From Candidatus Multivoradales bacterium (GTDB taxonomy: Bacteria; Acidobacteriota; Thermoanaerobaculia; Multivoradales; Multivoraceae): a DNA stretch of 64,000 nt. Positions 45,401 to 54,169 of this stretch are shown here, piece by piece. How positions within the stretch are numbered: position 1 is the first letter of the stretch; every line of letters starts with the position of its first letter. The position numbers and the translations under genes were made by a program. Under the pieces are notes generated by a model. It was not told the origin of the DNA. It worked only from the letters and a program-made list of their open reading frames with translations, and did not search any database. Where the stretch lies: NCBI GenBank assembly GCA_965223325.1, contig CBDCWI010000002.1:1920001-1984000 (forward strand), read 5' to 3'.

Positions 45401-48400
45401 CAGTGGCGGCAAGTCGGTGTTGTCCGAGGCCGACGGCGAGGTGAAAAAGGACCGCAGGCCGGAGTCCAGGATGCGGTCGAGAGCTCCCGGGTCGTAGACG
45501 TACCCCGACGTGTCGTTGCCCTGCACTTCGACCGCCGCCGGACAGTCGAGTGTGGGAGCTTCGGTGTCGAGGATCACCTCTAGGGTGACCGTCGCCGGCT
45601 CACTGCGGTCGTCGAACGGATCGCTGGCGCTGAAATCGAATGCATCAGAACCTACGCCGCTCGGAAGATAGGTGACCTCACGGCACTCAGCTTCCGGATC
45701 AGGACATTCGACCGTTGCGAACTGCGCACCATCGAAGACATGCAGGCGACCGAACTGATTGGAGTGCGGGCTGAGATGTTCGGCCAGATAGAATCGGCCG
45801 TCGGCGCCGGTCGCGAACGACGACACACTGGTGAAATCACCCGGCGAGAGAATCGACATGATGTTGTTGGGATCACCGTCGGGCACGATTTCTTCGAGAA
45901 ACTCGGCCGAGGATGTGGCGAAGGTCAAGATGCGAGGGACTCGCCCGCCGCGATCGGGGTTGTCGCTGATGAGGAGCCGGGCGGTAGCGTCGTCGAGGTC
46001 GAGTTGGCCATAGGTCGTCTGGGCGCTCGTCTGATAGCTACAGACTCCGGCACCGCGGTTGAAGTCGAAGTCCTGGAGGTCGGTCGGGAAATGGACGAGG
46101 ATCAAGCTCCCGCTGCTGACGCTGTACTGCTCGAGGGTGTCGTCGCAGACGTTGGTCATGAACAGGTTGCTGCCCACCACTGCGAGGTCGCCAAAGGGGA
46201 AATCGCTGGCGTTGCCACGCGTCATGACACGGCGCAGGGCGCCGGTGTCGCGGTTCACTTCTTCCACCCCTCCGAGCCCGAGAGCGAAGAGGTCTTGCCC
46301 GCGTGCAGTAATGGCATGCGCCTCTGAGATATCGAGGAGCTTGGTCCAACTCGTGTAGTTGCCCACCCCCGGCCCCACGGTCAGGCAGAGGATCTCGGCG
46401 TTGGTGTTGGTGCCGCCGGTCGAGAGCAGGCATGCCTCACCGCCGAGCACCTCGAAGTCGATCCAACTGCCCTCGCCACCATTGGGAGTGACGGGGTTCT
46501 GCGCCACCGACGAGTCGTAGAGCACCACCGCGCTCAGCAACCGTCCAGCGAGATCAAAGCGATACAGGTAGCTGTCGTTGAGGACATAGATCGTGCCATC
46601 TGCGGCTTCGCGCACCCGGTCGATGGGAATGAACGGGAGGAGGAAGGTCCTACTGAACACCTCCTCCTCGGCGATCTTGAAGCGCAGGCGAACGACCTTC
46701 TTGTCACGATCCCCGACGAAGCGTAGGTAGTGCCAGGTGCCACCGCTGACGTTTTCGGTGGGCCGGTAGATGTCAGTGAGCGGGCCGATCTCGGGCAGGC
46801 CGTCACCGTCTCCGTCAGGATCTACAAAGGCATCCAGGGCACGCGAGAAAGAGCTGCCGCCTCCCAAGGTCTGGATCGAGATCGAGCCGCCACCATCGGA
46901 CTGTTTGGCCAACCAGATCTCTCGCGGGTTGCTCACACGGTCAGGATCGTCGTAGTAGGCGATCGCGGCGCGGTCGGCGGCGACACCCAGCGAGTAGCGC
47001 AGCTCTGGGACGGCATCAGCCAGCTGATAGCGACCGCCACCTATCGACTCGAGCGGCACGACGACGACCTCGGAACCTCCATTGTCGGTCACAATGAGGT
47101 CGCGAAGAGAGGTTGATCCGCCCGAGAAACCTCCTTGACCGCCGATCGAGTTCGGGAGGGTGTTGACCAGAAGCCCCTGCGGGTCGCTGACCAAAGCGCT
47201 GAGATCGGCGACGACGTACCACTCGAGGTTGTCTCGGTGCCAGACCTTCTTGCTGTCCCAGTCCGCGGCAAACAGAATGCCGTTCTGCTGCCCCTGGTTG
47301 TGATTCCCGTCGAGCGCACTGCGTACGGTGCCCGCCTCTGTGGTGCCGGAGTCTTGTGTCTTGCCGTGATTGAGACTCAAGCTGTGCGGTTCGAACGGTG
47401 TCTCCCAGATCTTGTCGAGCTCCGCGTAGCCATCGGTCGCGAGGATGATCCTCTTGGACACCGCATCCGCGGCGAGATTGAATGTGCCACCGTCGAAGAC
47501 CACTTCGAGCACGCTCGATGCCTCACCCAGCATGCCGCTAGCGGTGTAGCGGTTCTGGAAGATGGCCTCGAAATCGATCTCGAGGTCCCCGAGTGCTGGC
47601 TGCGACAGAGCACGGAAACGTAGCGGTCGGTCGAAGTCAGGGTCGGACGCAGTAAGCGGGATGGCAACCGGGTTGGTACTGCCCACCGTGTAGCTCACCA
47701 TCTCGGCCACCGGCGGCATGTTGGTTCCCTCGATGCGCGGAAAGACCTGAAGGGCGCTCACCGACTCGTTGCCGGACGGGTCCGTCAGGGTCCATTCAAC
47801 GTCGCTCGCCACCCCAATCGGGAAGGACACCTGGTCGCAGGCGGTTGGAGAGCCGCCTGGGATCGTGGCCAGGCACGTCACCGCAGGAGTGACCGACGCA
47901 AAGTCGAAGTACGGCGGCGGTGAGAGAACGAGACCGAACGCCGAGCCCTGGTCTAGCGGCTCGTTACAGAGATAGACGTCACAGCCAATCTGGTCGAACG
48001 GCAGGGTCAGGGTGCCGGCTGGCACCTCGACGCCTTCGCTGTCGAGCGGCAACAGGTCGGGCGGAACCGTGTCCTCGACCCGAATGGTGAGCGTGACGGA
48101 GCTCTGGTTGCCATTGCGGTCGGTCACCGTCACGGGAAACGTGTGCGCTCCGAGCGGTAGGTAGCCGGGCACCACCAGATCGACGGCGGGTGAGGGATCA
48201 CAGTTATCGCTGATGCCCAGCCACGAACGATCGAAGGCAAGCGGCAGATTGTCGGGCATGGAGCCCTCTGGAATCGCCTGCTTGGGCTGAGTGCGGACGT
48301 TGGTGCCGCCGATGCTCGTGGCCTCGAAGAGGACTTCGAGATCGCCGGTCTGGATGTCGGGTGGGAAGTACTCGTTGACCCGTAGGTTCTGGTAGTAGCG

Positions 48401-49447
48401 CACGGCGCGCGTCTTGCCCATTCGCGGGTAGTAGGGAGACGCCTTGTGGATGTTGGCGATGAAGTCGAGCCGGTGATCACCGGCCTCAAAGGTGCAGCGG
48501 CCGCCCGGCTCACACGTATGAAGTGAGCCGTTACCAACCGCCCAACCCATGAACGCACCCTGGAGGACTTCCTCGAGATCGAAGCCGAACCGCAGCGCAT
48601 CCAGCATCAGGTCGAGAAAGCCCGGGAAGATATCGTCGAGCGAGAACTCAAAATCCCAGGGCAATTCGAGAAGCCCGCAAGGGTCCATTTCGCCGATCAG
48701 CCCGAGGGCGTTCTCGATTGGCTGGCGCAGCTTCTCCAGCTCGCAGAAGTCCTCGGGCGTCAAAGACTCGGCGAGGGAACCGGTGACGACGCGGGCTGCC
48801 GACGGGTAGGTTCCCCAGGGGTCGACGTAGAGAAACTGACGTTCCTGAAACGGTCCGTAGCTCTCAACCGGGTAGAGCGCCGGCCGGTTGGGCTCGGCGA
48901 TGTCCTCCGTATCGACGTCGATGGCGAGCTCGATCGTGCAGGAGCTCTTATCGCCCGGGTCGGCGACGTCGAAGTCGAGATTTGGTGGGTCGATGGGGTG
49001 GTAGCTCAAGAGCTCCGCCGCGATCTGTCGTTCCTGTGCATCGAGTTCGAGGAACTCCTCCTCGACAATGATCGGCGGACACGACGCGGCGGTGAGAGCG
49101 CCCGCCGCGATCATGCCGACGCCCTTGGCGGCCTTCTTCTTGGCAACCTTGGCGGCGCCTACCTTTCCCTGAGTCAGGATCTTGAACAGTTCGGAGGCTT
49201 TGACACGCGTCAGTTCCTTGACGCCTTTGACCGTCAGTTGGGAGCCAACCTGTTGACAGGGCACGGCAACATGGTTGACGCCGGCCTCAGAACGCGGCCC
49301 AGTGGGCAGGTCCCGACAGGCCGCGGGGAGCTCGCCGGGCACGGTGTCGGGGATAGGGCAGACCTGCGAATGGGCTGGAATCGCGGCGGCCGCGGCAATT
49401 GTGACCAGGAAGAGAGGGGCGAGGACGGAAAGTCGGGAGGGCTGCAT
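42422..49447 (-). CDS. Giant (2341 aa) secreted multidomain protein with HYR, Ig/cadherin-like, beta-propeller-like, two DUF11-like and CBM-like domains and a C-terminal GFESGD..W tail
   Basis: AGGAG RBS, signal peptide; HYR-type boundaries VEDTVPP, DTEAPTLDCP, VVDRVPP, ITDTTEP; DUF11-like DLRL...VTNQG; NLITNGHFD; LFLEGFESGDTTAW. Confidence 0.9.
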   Translation of the reverse strand: MQPSRLSVLAPLFLVTIAAAAAIPAHSQVCPIPDTVPGELPAACRDLPTGPRSEAGVNHVAVPCQQVGSQLTVKGVKELTRVKASELFKILTQGKVGAAKVAKKKAAKGVGMIAAGALTAASCPPIIVEEEFLELDAQERQIAAELLSYHPIDPPNLDFDVADPGDKSSCTIELAIDVDTEDIAEPNRPALYPVESYGPFQERQFLYVDPWGTYPSAARVVTGSLAESLTPEDFCELEKLRQPIENALGLIGEMDPCGLLELPWDFEFSLDDIFPGFLDLMLDALRFGFDLEEVLQGAFMGWAVGNGSLHTCEPGGRCTFEAGDHRLDFIANIHKASPYYPRMGKTRAVRYYQNLRVNEYFPPDIQTGDLEVLFEATSIGGTNVRTQPKQAIPEGSMPDNLPLAFDRSWLGISDNCDPSPAVDLVVPGYLPLGAHTFPVTVTDRNGNQSSVTLTIRVEDTVPPDLLPLDSEGVEVPAGTLTLPFDQIGCDVYLCNEPLDQGSAFGLVLSPPPYFDFASVTPAVTCLATIPGGSPTACDQVSFPIGVASDVEWTLTDPSGNESVSALQVFPRIEGTNMPPVAEMVSYTVGSTNPVAIPLTASDPDFDRPLRFRALSQPALGDLEIDFEAIFQNRYTASGMLGEASSVLEVVFDGGTFNLAADAVSKRIILATDGYAELDKIWETPFEPHSLSLNHGKTQDSGTTEAGTVRSALDGNHNQGQQNGILFAADWDSKKVWHRDNLEWYVVADLSALVSDPQGLLVNTLPNSIGGQGGFSGGSTSLRDLIVTDNGGSEVVVVPLESIGGGRYQLADAVPELRYSLGVAADRAAIAYYDDPDRVSNPREIWLAKQSDGGGSISIQTLGGGSSFSRALDAFVDPDGDGDGLPEIGPLTDIYRPTENVSGGTWHYLRFVGDRDKKVVRLRFKIAEEEVFSRTFLLPFIPIDRVREAADGTIYVLNDSYLYRFDLAGRLLSAVVLYDSSVAQNPVTPNGGEGSWIDFEVLGGEACLLSTGGTNTNAEILCLTVGPGVGNYTSWTKLLDISEAHAITARGQDLFALGLGGVEEVNRDTGALRRVMTRGNASDFPFGDLAVVGSNLFMTNVCDDTLEQYSVSSGSLILVHFPTDLQDFDFNRGAGVCSYQTSAQTTYGQLDLDDATARLLISDNPDRGGRVPRILTFATSSAEFLEEIVPDGDPNNIMSILSPGDFTSVSSFATGADGRFYLAEHLSPHSNQFGRLHVFDGAQFATVECPDPEAECREVTYLPSGVGSDAFDFSASDPFDDRSEPATVTLEVILDTEAPTLDCPAAVEVQGNDTSGYVYDPGALDRILDSGLRSFFTSPSASDNTDLPPLVIDHDAPQPLPYGATSVTFSTADGTGNPASCSRVVTVVDRVPPVFAPVTALTLEAVALQTPTELLPEPLAEDINPVTVSVSPVALPVGTTWVEWTATDSFGNRASLRQLVTITDTTEPQLLAGPGDSFDEGKTSYGVIANGYDTPMAFAEDSENQTLPLFSDAVGLFESSHDTVFVATDAEGSIVLGHAFCLPALGTPRPYGSTFVSCVTRDKEGNSARMEFEFEMVDLDQDADALGASVDPDPRVAGVDFSDVAHGGVTTGRIESLGVLPVDAHDRSAPLVVDGPTLEDGVVVHAQGLRPPAPPEQARRTAIEPSAVSVCDDLLQVSGIDSSTWVDEETEESEEVPDAVTLTCLDLGARAESLAGDQDLVFVLPDYDLLDVTLLAGSTVTLRGWTLIAGANEEALPLQLDNLSHLLFPGETLDLRRLHQPRFDLRLTQDQEPVAPGDTVLHRLIAANYGSVELDDVSFSLTVDETASLDHLDSGPFTCELSGSSLACTLPRLAAGTVHTLTFETTAPPVEGAFEARVEGNAWLGSFLPVTANDVATIRVAQATDLRLRHTASQYVAGVAESLILNFAVTNQGALDAPGTEVLYPVPRGLSFVGSTSCWHARDVVHCDLGTLASGEMAVASIVVVTNASEPSITSTARVGSERAETLEEDNASTILIEVDGRGPQVTELRFDAVNGLADQTLDACRSMAALPGALRIHFDEPMDEPSTADPSVFRVVSAGPDQSFATTTCGLPVDDDVAVEVWSATMLDEARVELSLGTGGSGPGLYRLIACGSLGLEDPQGNALDANRDGVPGDDLHVDFRVDSRNLITNGHFDCGGAGWTIDPPDTEDAFAAFPDIAESPHSGSFLIASDATTDYAIEACVELPEDAGERFMASLGATSVDTQALRLACEFYAQPGCLVPLSRTASLIEPADDSEGTWYRFRRTFDLLGGESATSAACSIRARPSVAAGDLWIDEVRLTPYLFLEGFESGDTTAWGRSVP

Positions 49448-50005
49448 GAAGGGTCTCCTGCTTGAAACCCAAGAATACCCAGAAAAACTAGAAAATTCAA
49501 ATTACGGAGCCCAAGTGACTGCCGACCCAAACCAGAGGACCCTTGGGCGGCCTGGCCGCACCCGACCTCCTCGTCGACTGACCCTCGAACCTGTTGCAGA
49601 GCATCTCGGTGGTCAAGGCGCGGCCACCTTGGAACCGCTAGGTGTAGGTCGAGCGGTGTAGTCCTGTTCGGCAACGATCAGCTTCCCGCTCTCTACGCGG
49701 CCCGACTGGGAGTCGACGAAGGTGAAGTCAACTCAGGTGGTGTCGCGGTCCGCTCCTGGTGACGCGCGGTCGAGCGACGAAACCACGACGTGGTGGCCGA
49801 ACACCATGCCGGGCCGTTCTGGGCTCCCGGTGCGCTCGCCTATCGGACACCGTGTGTTCGACGAATCGAACTGCTGTCACCCGTCTCGACGTTCGGGCGA
49901 CTCAGTGTGTCGCCGCGCGTCCTCGGGCCGAGTCTCTATCCGCCCGCTGCGGTAGATTGAAATCAACTCCGTCCCAAAACCCAAGGCACAGGCAGGAACA
50001 AGATC

Positions 50006-51262
50006 ATGAGAACAACAACGATCGCGAGCCTTCTGGTCATGCTGATGGCCGCACCGGTGCTCGCCAGCGACGGTGACTCCACCGAGGGCTTTCACGTCAT
50101 CAGCGAGGTCGAGTTCAAAGAGCGAATCGAAGGGTTCTGGTACGGCCAGCTGGTCGGCAACTACATGGGCTTCCCGTTCGAGAACGTCTACATCGAAGAG
50201 GCCGTTCCGGTTCTTGTCGAGAAGTACTACACGATCGAGAACCGGGGTGACCTGCGCATCAACAGCCGGGACTCCCGCGGCGCGACCAGTATGTTCGCCT
50301 CCGCGATGGACGGTGCGTGGTCAGACGACGACACCGACATCGAGTTCGTGACCCTGCACGCGGTCGAGAAGTACGGCCTCGATCTCGACTACAGAGAGAT
50401 CACCGAGATGTGGAAGCGCCACATCAACCGTCGCATCTGGGTGGCAAACCGCACCGCGCGCGACCTGATGGATGAGGGGTTGGTTCCACCGGCCACCGGC
50501 AGCAAGGAGCACAACAAGCACTGGTTCCAGATCGACCCCCAGCTGGTCAACGAGATCTGGAGCGCCTTCTACCCTGGGATGCCAGTAGCAGCGGCCAAAA
50601 GGGCCGAATGGGGAGCGCGCATCACCAACGACGACTGGGGCACCCATCCGACGATTCTCTACGCCGTGATGTTTAGCGCCGGCTTCTTCGAGGACGATCC
50701 GGAGACGCTCGTCAAAATGGGGCTCGAGTTCCTGCCCGAAGACAGCCCGTTCACCGACGGTGTTCGCGATGTTCTCGCGTGGCACGCCGAGCACGACGAC
50801 TGGCGGGTCACCAGAAAGCTCATTCACGACAAGTACTACCGCTACAAGAAGGGCGACTTCGAGGCCCCGGTCTCCGTTGTCTCATCGCTCATCAACGGGC
50901 TCGCCGGCGTCATGGCGGTGCTCTATGGCGAGGGTGATTTCGTCAAGACGACCGGAATCGCGGTCAGCGCGGGTTACGACTGCGACAACCAGGCGGCGAC
51001 GATGGCCGGCCTGATTGGAGTCATGAAGGGTGCCTCGGTCATTCCGAAGACCTTCACCCATGAGCTTGGCCCGCGCCCCTGGAAGACGCCTTTCAACAAC
51101 TCGTACATCAACTTTGCGCGCGACGATATCTCCGTCCACACGCCGATTTCGGAAATCATTGCGCGCATCATTCGGGTCAGCGAACAGGCAATCTTCGAAG
51201 CGGGCGGCCGGAAAGTGGATTCAAACGGGCAGGTTCAGTACCTGATTCCCAAGGGGCGGTAA
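50006..51262 (+). CDS. ADP-ribosylglycohydrolase family protein with a signal peptide
   Basis: GQLVGNYMGFP.E, SDDDTD, GYDCDNQAATMAGLIG; signal peptide ending VLA. Confidence 0.87.
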   Translation: MRTTTIASLLVMLMAAPVLASDGDSTEGFHVISEVEFKERIEGFWYGQLVGNYMGFPFENVYIEEAVPVLVEKYYTIENRGDLRINSRDSRGATSMFASAMDGAWSDDDTDIEFVTLHAVEKYGLDLDYREITEMWKRHINRRIWVANRTARDLMDEGLVPPATGSKEHNKHWFQIDPQLVNEIWSAFYPGMPVAAAKRAEWGARITNDDWGTHPTILYAVMFSAGFFEDDPETLVKMGLEFLPEDSPFTDGVRDVLAWHAEHDDWRVTRKLIHDKYYRYKKGDFEAPVSVVSSLINGLAGVMAVLYGEGDFVKTTGIAVSAGYDCDNQAATMAGLIGVMKGASVIPKTFTHELGPRPWKTPFNNSYINFARDDISVHTPISEIIARIIRVSEQAIFEAGGRKVDSNGQVQYLIPKGR

Positions 51263-51386
51263 CGCGACCCCGCAGCCGCTCCACTACCCTTCCCACCGCC
51301 TCTGGAGCACACCGCTTTGACCTTCTTTGGCAACCTGCCAGTGCTCGCACTAGACTCGACGAGTCCAGAGAGGAGAGCCGAAGACG

Positions 51387-51596
51387 ATGAAAGTGATCGT
51401 TGACTACGAACTCTGCCATTCCAACGCCGCCTGCCTCGACGAGTGCCCTGAGGTCTTCGCCTTGAACGAAGAGGACCAGCCGATGGTGCTTTGCGAGCAC
51501 CCCCCGGAGAAACTCCGCGACAAGGTGGAGTTTGCCGCGCTCTGCTGCCCGCGCTCTGCCATCACGGTGCTCCCAGACCAGCCCGAAGGCGACTGA
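51387..51596 (+). CDS. Small single-cluster ferredoxin ([3Fe-4S]-type, CxxNxxC...CP)
   Basis: MKVIVDYELCHSNAAC...CPEVF...CCPRSAI; GAGGAG RBS. Confidence 0.9.
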   Translation: MKVIVDYELCHSNAACLDECPEVFALNEEDQPMVLCEHPPEKLRDKVEFAALCCPRSAITVLPDQPEGD

Positions 51597-51719
51597 CGGC
51601 GGGTTCGTTCTCGAAGGCTTCGTGAGTCGCCAGCGACCAACAGTGGCGCGGCAACCCCTGCCACCCCGGTCCGCCCCGGTGAGGACAGCGCAATCCAGGA
51701 CATTGAAACTCTCCGGCAG

Positions 51720-51735
51720 GTTCAGAAAAGTTCAG
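51720..51735 (+). promoter_or_regulatory. GTTCAG direct repeat with 10-bp period, candidate response-regulator box
   Basis: GTTCAG-aaaa-GTTCAG in an AT-richer intergenic patch. Confidence 0.3.
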
Positions 51736-51905
51736 GGAAAACTGACTGAGTATTGTGGCTGGCCTCGTTTCGGGAGCGCGTGATGACGGCAGCCAAGGGG
51801 GCCGCAGGAAAGTCGCTCGTTCGCCAGTTTGAATGCGGTAGCCAGTCACTCAACGCGGTTCTCGAGGTCCATCCAAGAAGTACAGAACGGTCGGGAACTA
51901 GCGCC

Positions 51906-52541
51906 ATGGACCAGGTAACCGAAGCGAAGTGGGACAAGGCGGCTCGGGGCTTCGACGTCATGGGGGGCTTTGGCCCCGAGAAGCGCTGGGAACCCGACAA
52001 GCGGCGCTTGTTCTCGCACATGAAAGGGCGGGTACTCTTCGTAGCCATCGGGACCGGTCTCGACATCCCCTTCTTCCCGCCCGGTCAGACCATCGTTGGG
52101 CTCGACATCAGCACCAAGATGCTCGAGAAGGCAAAGCCACGGGCGGAGAAGTACGACGGGCACATCGAGCTACGTCAAATGGACGTTCACGACCTGGACT
52201 ACGAGAGCGCCTCCTTTGACCAGGTTTTCACATCGTGCACGTTCTGTTCGGTCCCCAATCCCGTTCGAGGGCTCGAGTCGCTACAACGCGTACTCAAACC
52301 GGGCGGCAAGATTCGCATGTTCGAACACACCGGAAGTCGCTACTTCCCGTTCAGCCTGATGATGCACCTGATGACACAGGTCTCCCGTCACCTCGGCCCG
52401 GAGATGAACCGGAAGACAGTCGCGAACGTTCAGGCCGCAGGTTTCGAGCTGGTCGAAGTGGAGAACATCTTTCTCGACATCGTCAAGATGATCACTGCAC
52501 AGAAGCCGCACAGGGCGCAAGCCAACCAGGCCGTCGCGTGA
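51906..52541 (+). CDS. Class I SAM-dependent methyltransferase (PmtA/UbiE-like)
   Basis: VAIGTG, GLDISTKML, SFDQV, FCSVPNP, RVLKPGG. Confidence 0.88.
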   Translation: MDQVTEAKWDKAARGFDVMGGFGPEKRWEPDKRRLFSHMKGRVLFVAIGTGLDIPFFPPGQTIVGLDISTKMLEKAKPRAEKYDGHIELRQMDVHDLDYESASFDQVFTSCTFCSVPNPVRGLESLQRVLKPGGKIRMFEHTGSRYFPFSLMMHLMTQVSRHLGPEMNRKTVANVQAAGFELVEVENIFLDIVKMITAQKPHRAQANQAVA

Positions 52542-52716
52542 GACCCATGAGGCACCGCAGGGTGACCGAACGACTCCGTGCAGCGTGCGTGCGGATCGGG
52601 CCAGAAAACTCAGTCGGCGCTGCGCCGCTCCACTGCCAGAAGGGCCGCGGCCTCGCCTATTCGGCCAGGCGGCGAGCAATCGAAGTGGGCGCGAAGCGAG
52701 TCCTCAGCCGTCGAGC

Positions 52717-53052
52717 TCAGCGACGAGAGACTTTGGGGCCTGCAATCGATAGCTCTCGTCCACCCTCAGGGGGAAGCTCGTCGGGTTCGAATCTGAGAGT
52801 CGTCCAGCCCGCCTTGCCTACTCCCCAGCTCCCGGAGCGGGCGCTCGCCAGCACCTGGGCTTCCTCCATCGATGGGCCAAGCTTCACCATGACGTTGTAG
52901 CCCTTGTCGTTCTCGCCGAGGAAAAGAAAACTCTTCTTCCGAGCCTTGAAACTCCGTTTGACGCAAGAGTCGCCCTCGGCCACCTCGGGATAGCTCAATG
53001 CCTGTTTCCGCAGCTTGCGGACGACCTTGTTCTTGAAACGCTCGGTTGACAT
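52717..53052 (-). CDS. MmcQ/YjbR-like protein
   Basis: ALSYPEVAEG, SFKARKKSFLFL, GKAGWTT. Confidence 0.75.
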   Translation of the reverse strand: MSTERFKNKVVRKLRKQALSYPEVAEGDSCVKRSFKARKKSFLFLGENDKGYNVMVKLGPSMEEAQVLASARSGSWGVGKAGWTTLRFEPDELPPEGGRELSIAGPKVSRR

Positions 53053-53202
53053 CCAGCCAGCCTACACAAGCGTCAGCAGGTGCTTCCTGCCGCGCGCCCT
53101 CCCCTTTCTGCCGGTGTGGTGTCCCTCGGTTGGCACGCCGCAAACGCTACAGTGCTGGCCAGGAAAACCCCTACGACAACCGGCGGTCAGAAGGAGAACG
53201 AT

Positions 53203-54117
53203 GTGACGGAATGGAATCTCGCGTTCGACGGCAAGAGCACAGCTGACGATGTGCTGGCCGATCTCGACCTGAGCGGCAAGACTGCCATCGTAACGGGCGC
53301 CAATGTCGGCATCGGCTTTGAAACCGCACGCGCCCTCGCCGCGAAGGGGGCACACGTGGTTCTGGCGTGTCGCAGCGAGCCCAAGGGGGAAAAGGCACGC
53401 GGCGAGATTCTGGGGCGACACCCGCTGGCGCGAGTGTCGGTCAAGGCCCTCGATCTGAGCTCCCTCGACAGCGTCCGGCATTTCGCCAACGACCTGACGG
53501 GAGAAGCTTCCCTCGAGTCGATCGACATGCTGATTTGCAACGCCGGACGGTTCGGCGGTGGCTACAGCGAGACCCGGGAAGGTCACGAGATGACCGTCGG
53601 GGTTTGCCATATCGCGCACTTCCTCCTGGTGCAGCTGTTGCTTGAGCGAGTGGTCAGAGCGCATGGCCGGGTGGTCATGGTCTCTTCCGAGTCTCACCGA
53701 AACCCCAAGACCCTCGACTTCGACAACTTCCCGCTCAGTCGGTCGAACTACTCGGACCTGGTTGCCTATGGCCAGGCCAAGTTGTGCAACGTCCTGATGG
53801 CGAAAGAGCTCCAACGTCGCTTCAGCGCGTCAGGCATCACCGCCTACTCGTTGCACCCCGGCACCCTGGTTCCCACCGCCATTGGGCGCAACTCAATCCT
53901 CGCCAAGGTACTGATCCAGGTGGTGCGTCCTTTCACCAAGGGCCTCGGCCAGGGGGCCGCAACCAGCGTGTTGTGCGCTGCCCATCCGGAAGCCGAGAGG
54001 GCGGCCGGCGAGTACTTCTCGAACTGCCGCCCAGTGCGCTCGAGCCGCGAGTCTTGTGACCAAGGGGCGGCCGCGAAGCTATGGCAAGTCAGCGAGAAGT
54101 GGGTAGCGGCCGAGTAG
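53203..54117 (+). CDS. SDR oxidoreductase (retinol dehydrogenase/WWOX-like)
   Basis: AAGGAG RBS with GTG start; TGANVGIG, LDLSSL, CNAG, YGQAK, LHPG, LWQVSE. Confidence 0.92.
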   Translation: MTEWNLAFDGKSTADDVLADLDLSGKTAIVTGANVGIGFETARALAAKGAHVVLACRSEPKGEKARGEILGRHPLARVSVKALDLSSLDSVRHFANDLTGEASLESIDMLICNAGRFGGGYSETREGHEMTVGVCHIAHFLLVQLLLERVVRAHGRVVMVSSESHRNPKTLDFDNFPLSRSNYSDLVAYGQAKLCNVLMAKELQRRFSASGITAYSLHPGTLVPTAIGRNSILAKVLIQVVRPFTKGLGQGAATSVLCAAHPEAERAAGEYFSNCRPVRSSRESCDQGAAAKLWQVSEKWVAAE

Positions 54118-54169
54118 CGGGTCGGGCCGCGGCCTGCAGCACGATTGCAGCGCAGCGTCATCGATTGCT

